Shown here: one piece after another, positions 53,968 through 62,571 of the stretch
How the letters are laid out: each line of letters opens with the position of its first letter
How positions within the stretch are numbered: the first letter of the stretch is position 1
NCBI GenBank assembly: GCA_030054835.1
Contig: JASGVS010000028.1
Coordinates: 1,032-65,031, forward strand
Direction of reading: 5' to 3'
Origin: Bacillota bacterium
GTDB taxonomy: Bacteria; Bacillota; Limnochordia; Darwinibacteriales; Darwinibacteriaceae
DNA: 64,000 nucleotides
Notes under the pieces: generated by a model
Told to the model about the DNA's origin: nothing
Seen by the model: only the letters and a program-made list of their open reading frames with translations
The model's database searches: none
Position numbers and translations under genes: made by a program

Positions 53968-55287
53968 ATGGGAGTGAAAGGCGTGAAAAAACACTCGGTA
54001 TTGCTCAAGGAAGAGTTGTGCGAGGGATGTACCAACTGTGTCAAGAACTGCCCCACCAAGGCCATCAGGGTTCATAACGGCAAGGCAACCATCAGGGATG
54101 AGCTGTGTATTGATTGTGCAGAGTGTATTCGCATCTGCGCCTACCATGCCAAGCATTCCCTTACTGCCAGCCTAGATGATGTGTCGGGTTATAAATATCC
54201 GTTCGCGTTGATCCCGCCCAGTTTTTACGGGCAGTTTAGGGGAGTAAATCCCCGTAGGGTTAGAAATGCTCTGTATGCCTTAGGCTTTAAAGAGGTGTTT
54301 GACGTTTCCCTGGCAGCTGAGGCCTTGAGCAGAAAAACAGGGGAGTTTTTAGCAGCCAACCAGGGTATTTACATTTCTTCTTCCTGCCCTGTGGTGGTCA
54401 GGTTGGTCAAGATTATGTATCCAGAGCTGACGGAGTACCTGCTTCCCCTCAAAGCCCCCACAGATGCCATGGCGGAAAAGGCCAGAAAGGAAGCGGTGGC
54501 CAGGGGTATTGAACTAGAAGAGGTAGGCACTTTCCTGATTACACCTTGTCCAGGTAAGAACACCACCACTTTTGACCCCCTTGGCATCGAAAGTAGTCCC
54601 ATTGATAAGACGCTAGACGTTGGCCAGGTTTATCAAGCTGTTAGATCCGTCCTGGCTGCCGAACAAAAAGACCTCCAGGAACAGAATTCACCCGTGCCCT
54701 ATCTAGGACTGGGCTGGGGGCAGAGCGGCGGGGAAGTTAAACTCCTGGGCGAAAAGCTGCAGAGCCGCAGTCTATCAGTGTCAGGTATCCACCGCGTCAA
54801 GTCACTTTTGGACGAGCTCTCCCGGGACAACATCAGAGGTGTCAGGTATCTTGAACTTTCCGCCTGTGAATACGGCTGTGTTGGGGGCATCTTTAACGTA
54901 GTCAATCCTTTTCAAGCACGCTACGATCTGCGCCGGTTGAGGGCGCAGGGTGTGGAACCGATAGAGCAGGATTACGACAGCTACAACTTCGCTCTGCCCG
55001 CAGGTTTTGAGCCGCTCCAGCTTGGCCAATTAGACAGCGACCTGGAGAAGGCGATGGAGAAACTAGGCCAGTTGGAAAGGGAAATTGCAGTGCTGCCCGG
55101 CTTAGACTGCGCCGCCTGCGGAGCTCCAGACTGTAGAACACTGGCGGAGGACATAGTGACTGGAGCAGCCAGCCGCAGCGACTGTGTCTTTCTGCTGAGA
55201 AAGCAAATGGGTGAGTTAACGGAAAGACTGTCAGCCCTGTTTCAGGAGCTGCCGCCGGTAATGAAAAAGAGGGAAAAAGGCCTGTAA
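53968..55287 (+). CDS. [FeFe]-hydrogenase-like (HydS-type, putative sensory) protein without PAS domain
   Basis: N-terminal 2x[4Fe-4S] (CEGCTNCVKNCP, CIDCAECIRIC). H-cluster-like motifs SSSCP, TPCPGK, LSACEYGCVGG. C-terminal Cx2Cx4Cx16C (CAACGAPDC...C). The start could be GTG 53983. Confidence 0.7.
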   Translation: MGVKGVKKHSVLLKEELCEGCTNCVKNCPTKAIRVHNGKATIRDELCIDCAECIRICAYHAKHSLTASLDDVSGYKYPFALIPPSFYGQFRGVNPRRVRNALYALGFKEVFDVSLAAEALSRKTGEFLAANQGIYISSSCPVVVRLVKIMYPELTEYLLPLKAPTDAMAEKARKEAVARGIELEEVGTFLITPCPGKNTTTFDPLGIESSPIDKTLDVGQVYQAVRSVLAAEQKDLQEQNSPVPYLGLGWGQSGGEVKLLGEKLQSRSLSVSGIHRVKSLLDELSRDNIRGVRYLELSACEYGCVGGIFNVVNPFQARYDLRRLRAQGVEPIEQDYDSYNFALPAGFEPLQLGQLDSDLEKAMEKLGQLEREIAVLPGLDCAACGAPDCRTLAEDIVTGAASRSDCVFLLRKQMGELTERLSALFQELPPVMKKREKGL

Positions 55288-55306
55288 GGATGGGAGATTG
55301 GCAGAG

Positions 55307-55633
55307 ATGAACGTAACAAAACTTGTTGAAACCTTGGGATTAGATGTTGTTTCAGGTCCGTTTGAGCGGGAGATAGCCGGTGTTTATGTGGGGGATCTCC
55401 TCAGCAACGTGATGGCGAAAGCAGAAAGGGATAACCTCTGGATTACCATTCAAGGGCACCAAAATGTTGTGGCTGTGGCCAGCTTAACTGAAGTGGCGGC
55501 TGTCATTGTGGTGGAGGACTTCGAACTGGAAGAAGTGGCCATTGAACGAGCGCAGGAAAGGCAGGTAAACATCCTCCGTACGCCTTTAACTGCTTATGAA
55601 CTGGTCAAAAAGCTGATAAACTTGGGTATTTAG
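55307..55633 (+). CDS. DRTGG-domain protein (second copy)
   Basis: About 108 aa. LWITIQGHQNVVAVASLTEVAAVIVVE pattern, paralogous to 53151-53510. Confidence 0.6.
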   Translation: MNVTKLVETLGLDVVSGPFEREIAGVYVGDLLSNVMAKAERDNLWITIQGHQNVVAVASLTEVAAVIVVEDFELEEVAIERAQERQVNILRTPLTAYELVKKLINLGI

Positions 55634-55653
55634 TCCCCGTTGGAGGCAGGTGA

Positions 55654-56391
55654 ATGAGCCTAAAAGAGAGCTGCAGAGTTGATCTGCATATCCACAGTTG
55701 TTTATCACCCTGTGCCCACCTTCTGAACACCCCCGGCAACATTATTAAACGGGCGGTTAAGCTCGGGTTGGATTGTATCGCGATAACGGATCACAATACG
55801 GCCGGTAATATCCCTATCGCGCTGGAACTTGCCAAAGGGACTGGGGTTAACCTCATTCCCGCCATGGAAGTTGAGACCCGGGAAGAAGTACATGTGTTGT
55901 GTTATTTCCCAACGTTAGAGGCTCTGCTCGCCTGGGACAGCATTGTTAAGGAGCATCTGCCTGACTTGGATAATAACGAGGAGTTTTTTGGTCATCAGCT
56001 GCTTACTGATTACACGGATCAGTACATTGCCAAGGAAGGGCGGCTCTTGGCAGTGGCAACCGGGCTCTCCCTCTCCGACACAGTTTCAGCAGTAACGAAA
56101 CTGGGCGGTATTGCAGTACCGGCCCACGTTGATCGCCCCACCAATAGTATCCTCAGCCAATTAGGATTTATCCCCAGAGACGTCGAAATTCGCATTTTGG
56201 AACTATCATCTAATCGCGCGATAGATGACTATTTACGTACCCATCCCGAATTAGATTCCTATCTGTTTCTCCAAGGCTCCGACAGCCATTATTTGACTGA
56301 TATTGGTAAATGCGGCGGGGGAGATGGCTTTAATTTAGGTGGTGAACTGGGCAGATTAATGTCTAGATTTTTGGAGAAAAATTTCTTCTAA
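55654..56391 (+). CDS. PHP-domain (polymerase/histidinol phosphatase-like) metal-dependent phosphoesterase
   Basis: DLHIHSCLSPCA, ITDHNT and PAHVDRP His/Asp motifs. Confidence 0.75.
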   Translation: MSLKESCRVDLHIHSCLSPCAHLLNTPGNIIKRAVKLGLDCIAITDHNTAGNIPIALELAKGTGVNLIPAMEVETREEVHVLCYFPTLEALLAWDSIVKEHLPDLDNNEEFFGHQLLTDYTDQYIAKEGRLLAVATGLSLSDTVSAVTKLGGIAVPAHVDRPTNSILSQLGFIPRDVEIRILELSSNRAIDDYLRTHPELDSYLFLQGSDSHYLTDIGKCGGGDGFNLGGELGRLMSRFLEKNFF

Positions 56392-56398
56392 ACAGCTA

Positions 56399-56460
56399 TT
56401 GAAATATCCCGCAAAAGCGTGTATCATGATAACAGTTAGAGAATGTGATAATATTAACAA
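56399..56460 (+). promoter_or_regulatory. Promoter of the structural hydrogenase operon plus Rex-like operator
   Basis: TTGAAA, 17 nt, TATCAT (56399-56427). ATGTGATAATATTAACAA at 56443-56460 resembles the Firmicute Rex consensus TTGTGAA-N4-TTCACAA / TTGTTAA-N4-TTAACAA. Confidence 0.45.
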
Positions 56461-56557
56461 ATCCCTGCGTGCCAGCGGGGTAATTTTATGTTTGGCGTTG
56501 TGAAAAAAATAACAATATAGTTAAGTAAAAAACAAGGAAAAGAAAGGATGGCGTAAT

Positions 56558-57085
56558 ATGGCTTGTGTCTGTGGTCATGGCAAGGAAAACTACGAAAAGT
56601 ATCTCGCTCCCCTCAACGAGGTGTTTGCCCGCTTTGGTAGGGAACAGGATAATCTCATTCCCATCCTGCAGGAAGCCCAGGAGAAATACGGCTATCTGCC
56701 CCAGGATGTGTTGAGTGAAATTGCCGAGAATCTGGGTCTACCCCTCTCCAAAGTCTACGGCGTAGTCACTTTCTATTCCCAGTTCCATTTAGAACCGCGG
56801 GGCAAAAATGTGATTAGGGTCTGCACTGGCACTGCCTGTCACGTGAGGGGTGCAGCTGAAGTGCTGAAGGCAATCGAAACGGAGTTGGGCATCAAAAGCG
56901 GGGGTACTACAGAAGATTTGGAATTCACGTTGGAGACGGTGGCTTGCATTGGTGCCTGCGGTCTAGCGCCTGTAATCATGATTAACGATGATACCCATGG
57001 CAGGCTCAGCCCGGATAGCGTTGCTGCCATCTTACATTCTTACAGAACCAAAACGGAACCTGCTGTGGCGGAGCGTGCTTCTTAA
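56558..57085 (+). CDS. hydC: NuoE-like [2Fe-2S] subunit of NAD(P)H-dependent [FeFe]-hydrogenase
   Basis: RVCTGTACHVRG...VACIGACGLAP Cys motif of the NuoE/HndA family. Confidence 0.9.
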   Translation: MACVCGHGKENYEKYLAPLNEVFARFGREQDNLIPILQEAQEKYGYLPQDVLSEIAENLGLPLSKVYGVVTFYSQFHLEPRGKNVIRVCTGTACHVRGAAEVLKAIETELGIKSGGTTEDLEFTLETVACIGACGLAPVIMINDDTHGRLSPDSVAAILHSYRTKTEPAVAERAS

Positions 57086-57122
57086 CGGATAACACTTAGA
57101 ACGTCTCATTTTAGGAGGACGT

Positions 57123-57671
57123 ATGCGGGAGTTAGCACTGCACATTCTGGATATTGCACAGAATTCCATCGCCGCCGCGGCTTCGTTAGTGACTATCAGT
57201 ATTGACGAACAGCCTGGCAGAGATCTTTTGCGCATTGAGGTTGCAGATAACGGCAGGGGAATTCCTCCGGAAGAGTTGGCCCAGATTACTGATCCGTTTT
57301 TTACTTCGCGCACTACCCGGGACGTGGGGTTGGGTTTACCCCTTTTTGCTCAGGCAGCTGAGCGGGCGGAAGGTAAATTTGAGGTTAAGTCGGTGCCTGG
57401 CCGAGGCACCGAGGTCACGGCAACCCTGCGCTACAGCCATATCGATCGGGCGCCCTTGGGCGATCTGACAGGGACGCTATTGGGGATTATAGTTCCCAAC
57501 CCTGAGCTTGATCTGATTTATACGCATTACTACAAGCAAAAATCTTTCCTGCTGGGTACTGGAGAGATAAAAAGCACATTAGGTCGCATCGCCATTTCCC
57601 ACCCAGAAGTGGTGAGTTGGCTGAGGGACTTCATTCAAGCAGGATTAGACGACCTATACGGAGGTGAGTGA
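57123..57671 (+). CDS. HATPase_c-domain protein embedded in the hydrogenase operon
   Basis: N-box LDIAQNSI, G1 DNGRGIP, G2 GLGLPLF. No H-box or dimerisation domain. Confidence 0.7.
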   Translation: MRELALHILDIAQNSIAAAASLVTISIDEQPGRDLLRIEVADNGRGIPPEELAQITDPFFTSRTTRDVGLGLPLFAQAAERAEGKFEVKSVPGRGTEVTATLRYSHIDRAPLGDLTGTLLGIIVPNPELDLIYTHYYKQKSFLLGTGEIKSTLGRIAISHPEVVSWLRDFIQAGLDDLYGGE

Positions 57672-58048
57672 TCTTGAAATCACTTGAGGAGCTAAGAGAA
57701 TTACGGGCGAAGCTGGAAAAGGAAATGTCTGCCCGGAACAGTGAAGGAAAACCCAACATCATTATTGGCATGGGTACCTGCGGGATTGCCGCCGGAGCCA
57801 GGGATGTGCTTCAGGCTGTTCTGAAAGAACTGAGAAAACGGAATCTAGATGTTATCACATCCCAAACTGGCTGTATCGGCATGTGCGAACAGGAACCCCT
57901 GCTCGATGTGGAACTCCCTGGTAAGGGCCGGATAACCTACGGAAAGGTGACTCCACAGGCAGTGGAACGAATCATTGTAGAACACGTGATCAACGGCAGG
58001 GTTGTGGAAGACTATGCGGTTGCACGTTTTGAGGAAAGGGGAGTATAG
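57668..58048 (+). CDS. hydD: Thioredoxin-like [2Fe-2S] ferredoxin subunit (HndB/HydD type)
   Basis: 126 aa. GMGTCGIAAGA...CIGMCEQEP motifs. Confidence 0.8.
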   Translation: MILKSLEELRELRAKLEKEMSARNSEGKPNIIIGMGTCGIAAGARDVLQAVLKELRKRNLDVITSQTGCIGMCEQEPLLDVELPGKGRITYGKVTPQAVERIIVEHVINGRVVEDYAVARFEERGV

Positions 58049-58050
58049 CC

Positions 58051-59853
58051 ATGAATCCTGGATTTTACCGCTCTCATGTCTTAATTTGTACAGGGACAGG
58101 CTGTGTCTCCTCTGGTGCAGACAACATTAAGGACCGTTTAACCAGTAAACTTGTGGAAGCGGGCCTGCAAGATGAAGTGAAAGTTGTGGAAACTGGCTGC
58201 CACGGCTTTTGTGAAAAGGGCCCAATTGTGATTGTCTATCCAGAAGGGGTTTTCTACTGCCAGGTTTCAGTTGAGGATGTTGACGAGATTTTCGCAGAAC
58301 ACCTCCTCAAAGGTCGGATCGTCGAAAGACTGCTTTATACGGAGCAGGGAACGGAAGCCAAAATTCCCGCCTATCGAGATATCGATTTTTACAAGAAACA
58401 GCACCGTATTGTGCTGGCCAACTGCGGCCGGATTGATCCGGAAAGCATCAACGAGTACATCGCCGTTGGCGGGTATGAAGCGTGCGGCAGGGCACTGACC
58501 GAGATGACCCCGGAAGAGGTCATTGCCGAGATCAAAGAATCTGGGCTGCGGGGCCGGGGCGGTGCTGGCTTCCCGACGGGTTTGAAATGGGAATTCACCC
58601 GCCAGACCCCTGGCGAGAAAAAGTATGTGATCTGCAACGCCGACGAGGGAGATCCAGGTGCCTTTATGGACAGAAGCCTCCTGGAGGGTGACCCCCACCG
58701 AATCATTGAAGGCATGATAATTGCTGCTTACGCCATTGGCGCCGACGAGGGTTATATCTACGTCCGGGCGGAGTATCCTTTGGCCATTCGCCGCTTAGAG
58801 ATCGCCCTCGAACAGGCCAGAGAATATGGTTTTCTGGGTGAAAACATCTTCAACAGCGGCTTCAGCTTCGACCTTAAAATAAAGAAAGGCGCCGGTGCCT
58901 TTGTCTGCGGTGAAGAAACTGCTCTGATGGCGTCTATTGAAGGCAACCGCGGCATGCCAAGGCCCAAACCGCCGTTCCCGTCCGTATCGGGACTGTGGGG
59001 TAAGCCCACCAACATCAATAACGTGGAAACCTTTGCCAATGTACCGTATATTATCTGCCAAGGCGCCGAAGTTTACAAAGCAGTCGGCAGTGAAAAATCC
59101 ACCGGCACCAAAGTATTTGCTTTGACAGGTAAGATTAACAACACTGGTTTAGTGGAAGTCCCCATGGGTATGACCATTCGGGAGATCATCTACGATATTG
59201 GCGGTGGGGTGAGCAACGGCGGAGAACTAAAAGCTGTCCAAATTGGCGGACCTTCCGGTGGATGTATCCCTGCTGACCTCTTGGATCTGCCCATTGATTA
59301 TGAGTCCCTGCAGGAAGCGGGAGCCATGATGGGTTCGGGCGGTATGGTCGTAATGGACAACAGCACCTGTGTTGTGGATGTGGCCAGGTTCTTCCTTAAA
59401 TTTACCCAGAACGAATCCTGCGGTAAATGTACTCCCTGCCGGGAAGGAACTAAGCGGATGCTGGAAATCCTCGATCGCATCTGCTCTGGAGAGGGCAGGG
59501 AAGGGGATCTGGAACTTTTGGAAGAGTTGGGTGAGCATATTATCAACACTTCCCTCTGCCAATTAGGCGGTTCTGCTCCCACACCTGTGCTCAGCACCTT
59601 ACATCACTTCCGGGACGAGTATGAAGCCCACATTAAGGACAAACGCTGTCCCGCTAATGTGTGCGCCGGGATGAGTGCGGCCTACGAGATTAACCAGGAG
59701 GCCTGTATCGGCTGTACAGCCTGCGTTCGGGTCTGTCCCACGGGAGCAATCAGCGGTGAACGGAAGAAACCCCATGTGATTCAGCCTGAGGTTTGCATCA
59801 GCTGCGGTATCTGCGCCGGTAAATGCCCCGTCAAGGCCATTACACAGGGTTAG
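58051..59853 (+). CDS. hydB: NuoF-like FMN/NAD(P)H-binding subunit of [FeFe]-hydrogenase
   Basis: GRGGAGFPTGLKW, SCGKCTPCREG, an N-terminal 2Fe-2S domain and two C-terminal 4Fe-4S motifs (CIGCTACVRVCP, CISCGICAGKCP). Confidence 0.92.
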   Translation: MNPGFYRSHVLICTGTGCVSSGADNIKDRLTSKLVEAGLQDEVKVVETGCHGFCEKGPIVIVYPEGVFYCQVSVEDVDEIFAEHLLKGRIVERLLYTEQGTEAKIPAYRDIDFYKKQHRIVLANCGRIDPESINEYIAVGGYEACGRALTEMTPEEVIAEIKESGLRGRGGAGFPTGLKWEFTRQTPGEKKYVICNADEGDPGAFMDRSLLEGDPHRIIEGMIIAAYAIGADEGYIYVRAEYPLAIRRLEIALEQAREYGFLGENIFNSGFSFDLKIKKGAGAFVCGEETALMASIEGNRGMPRPKPPFPSVSGLWGKPTNINNVETFANVPYIICQGAEVYKAVGSEKSTGTKVFALTGKINNTGLVEVPMGMTIREIIYDIGGGVSNGGELKAVQIGGPSGGCIPADLLDLPIDYESLQEAGAMMGSGGMVVMDNSTCVVDVARFFLKFTQNESCGKCTPCREGTKRMLEILDRICSGEGREGDLELLEELGEHIINTSLCQLGGSAPTPVLSTLHHFRDEYEAHIKDKRCPANVCAGMSAAYEINQEACIGCTACVRVCPTGAISGERKKPHVIQPEVCISCGICAGKCPVKAITQG

Positions 59854-59881
59854 GAGCGGAATAGGAAAGGAGTATGGGTTG

Positions 59882-61594
59882 ATGAGCAAGATCACCTTAA
59901 CAATAGATGACCAGTTGGTAGAGGTAGATGCAGGTACTACCGTTTTGGAGGCCGCTCGGATGGCTGGGGTCGAGATTCCAACTCTATGTTACCACCCCGC
60001 CCTATCCCTCGATGGTTCCTGCCGGGTCTGTGTGGTGGAGGATTTGAACTCCAAACGGCTGCTCGCTTCCTGCGTAGCGCCTGTTTACGATGGCATGAAA
60101 ATCAGTACCCGCAGTGCCAGGGCACGGAAGGCCAGAAGGTTGAATGTTGAGCTGCTGCTGGCGAACCATCCCCAGGATTGCCTGGGCTGCGACCGGAGCG
60201 GCAGCTGTGAGCTGCAGGACCTCACTTACAATCTAGGCATCACTCGCGAATCTGTGGAGCGGTTCGAGGGCGAGAAACGGAACCTAAAGCCCGACACAGC
60301 AGGGGTAGCCCTAAAACGTGATCCGAATAAATGCATCCTCTGCGGTCGCTGCGTGCGAGTCTGTAGGGAAATCCAAGGCGTCGGCACGCTGGAGTTTTCC
60401 GGACGGGGCTTTGAGGCAATGGTTACTACCGCCTTTGATCTGCCCCAAAGTGAAGTGAACTGTGCCAAGTGCGGCCAATGTGCCGCTGTCTGCCCGGTGG
60501 GTGCCATCACCGAGGTAAGTGACATTGAGCGGGTCTGGGCTGCTTTAGAAGATCCGGCTAAATACGTGGTGGTGCAGACTGCCCCCACCATTCAGGTGAG
60601 CATCGGTGAGGAGTTTGGCTTAGAACCGGGCACAGTCGTGACCGGAAAGTTGATCGCGGCCTTAAGAAAACTTGGTTTTGAGAAAGTGTTTTCCACCGAG
60701 TTCAGTGCTGACCTTACTATTTTAGAAGAAGGCAACGAGTTTATTCAGCGCATCCAGGGGAACAAAAACCTACCCCATATCACATCCTGCTGTCCAGGCT
60801 GGGTGAAATTCGCAGAACAAAACTACCCGGATTTATTGAATCATATCTCAACTGCGAAATCGCCCCAGCAGATGTTTTCCACCATCGTCAAGACGTATTA
60901 CGCTGAGCAGGTCAATGTGGACCCAGGCGATGTTTTCACCGTCTCAATAATGCCCTGCACAGCTAAGAAGTACGAAGGGGCTCGAGAGGAGCACCGCCAC
61001 AGCGGATATAGGGATACGGATGCGGTCCTGACTACCCGTGAACTGGCCCGCATGATCAAAGAAGCTGGTATCGACTTCTTGAATTTGAAAGACGACAGCT
61101 ACGATCAAATTCTGGGACAAGCAACCGGTGCCGCAACAATTTTTGGCACGAGCGGCGGTGTGACGGAAGCGGCGCTCCGCACGGTAAAAGAGGTCTTAAC
61201 GGGCGAGCCGCTGGAGAAATTGAATTTAGGCATTATGGGTGTGAGGGAGGCAGAGGTGGAAATTGCGGACCGCACCTACAAAATCGGTATTGTAAGCGGC
61301 CTAGCCAATGCAGCCAAAGTCCTGGATGAGATTAAGGCAGGCACTTCGGAGTATGACTGGATTGAGATTATGGCCTGTCCCCACGGCTGCGTGGGCGGTG
61401 GCGGCCAGCCCATTACAAACGACCTGGAAGCCAAAGGGAAACGGGCGCAAGGTTTGGCCTCCCTTGACCAGAGCAATACCATCCGTAAGTCCCATGAGAA
61501 TCCAGATGTGATCAGATTGTACGAAGAGTTCCTGGGTGAGCCTTTAGGCGGTAAATCCCATCATCTGCTGCACACCAGCTATCGGGTTCGCTAG
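59882..61594 (+). CDS. hydA: [FeFe]-hydrogenase catalytic subunit
   Basis: H-cluster motifs TSCCPGW, MPCTAKK, MACPHGCVGGGGQP. N-terminal 2Fe-2S, His-ligated and 2x4Fe-4S F-cluster domains. Confidence 0.95.
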   Translation: MSKITLTIDDQLVEVDAGTTVLEAARMAGVEIPTLCYHPALSLDGSCRVCVVEDLNSKRLLASCVAPVYDGMKISTRSARARKARRLNVELLLANHPQDCLGCDRSGSCELQDLTYNLGITRESVERFEGEKRNLKPDTAGVALKRDPNKCILCGRCVRVCREIQGVGTLEFSGRGFEAMVTTAFDLPQSEVNCAKCGQCAAVCPVGAITEVSDIERVWAALEDPAKYVVVQTAPTIQVSIGEEFGLEPGTVVTGKLIAALRKLGFEKVFSTEFSADLTILEEGNEFIQRIQGNKNLPHITSCCPGWVKFAEQNYPDLLNHISTAKSPQQMFSTIVKTYYAEQVNVDPGDVFTVSIMPCTAKKYEGAREEHRHSGYRDTDAVLTTRELARMIKEAGIDFLNLKDDSYDQILGQATGAATIFGTSGGVTEAALRTVKEVLTGEPLEKLNLGIMGVREAEVEIADRTYKIGIVSGLANAAKVLDEIKAGTSEYDWIEIMACPHGCVGGGGQPITNDLEAKGKRAQGLASLDQSNTIRKSHENPDVIRLYEEFLGEPLGGKSHHLLHTSYRVR

Positions 61595-61617
61595 AGAGTG
61601 AATGGAGGATGTGAGCC

Positions 61618-62571
61618 ATGAAAAAAGGGCGGAGTATACCAAGGCTGCTCCTAACCATGTATTTGGTTCTGATTTGTGCCGGCTCGGCTGTGTGTGCTGA
61701 GGTGGAGACAATAACGGTGCAGACGCCCCCCACAGTGGGGGCTCTGCCCCTGCTCTGGCTGAAGGACCAGGGGAAAATGGAGCTGGACATTGTAATTTCA
61801 CCCGATCATCAGCGGGGGCTTGCCCTGATCTCCAAGAACGAGATTGACCTACTTGTTACTGGAGTGAATGTGGGAGCGAAAGCGTATAACAAAGGGATCG
61901 ACCTGACCCTTCTCAATACCAACATTTGGGGCATCGATTATTTACTGACCAATGGCTTTCAAGCGGATTCGTGGTCCGATTTGGTGGGTAAAACGTTAAG
62001 TCTACCTCTCATGGGTGGACCGGTGGACTTTCTAGTCCGCTATTTCCTCCAGGAAAACGGAGTGGATCCTGCCCAGGTGGAGTTTGTTTATCTGCCGAGC
62101 AACAATGGTGCTAGAAGCTTTCAGTTGGGCCAGCTCGATGCCATTGTCCTGCCTGAGCCCATGGTGAGCATTACACTGCTGAATTACGACCAGGCTGTCC
62201 TCTCCCTTGATCTGCAGGCAGAATGGGCCAAACTACATGAAGGCGATGATCGGATCCCCTTTGTTGGTCTCTTTGCCCGGGGAGATTTTGCTAGGGAGAA
62301 TCCTACTCTGATGAACACTCTCAACGCCTTCTACCAGGAAGGTGTGGAATGGGTCAAGAATAACCCGGCTGAAGCGGCGCTGCTTGCTGAACGGTACTTC
62401 AACCAGCCGGCGGCAGTGGCAGAAGCATCATTTCAGAGAGTTAACCTTAATCTCTACTCTGATGCTGAGGTGCGGGACTTGATAAACCGGTATTTTTCAG
62501 CCATATTAGAGATGTACCCCGAGATGATAGGTGGTAAGCTTCCCGATGAAGACTTCTATTTCCAAAGGTAA
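61618..62571 (+). CDS. ABC transporter substrate-binding protein (NMT1/sulfonate-nitrate-taurine type)
   Basis: 317 aa with a signal peptide. Followed by an SsuC/TauC-like permease and an ATPase. Confidence 0.7.
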   Translation: MKKGRSIPRLLLTMYLVLICAGSAVCAEVETITVQTPPTVGALPLLWLKDQGKMELDIVISPDHQRGLALISKNEIDLLVTGVNVGAKAYNKGIDLTLLNTNIWGIDYLLTNGFQADSWSDLVGKTLSLPLMGGPVDFLVRYFLQENGVDPAQVEFVYLPSNNGARSFQLGQLDAIVLPEPMVSITLLNYDQAVLSLDLQAEWAKLHEGDDRIPFVGLFARGDFARENPTLMNTLNAFYQEGVEWVKNNPAEAALLAERYFNQPAAVAEASFQRVNLNLYSDAEVRDLINRYFSAILEMYPEMIGGKLPDEDFYFQR

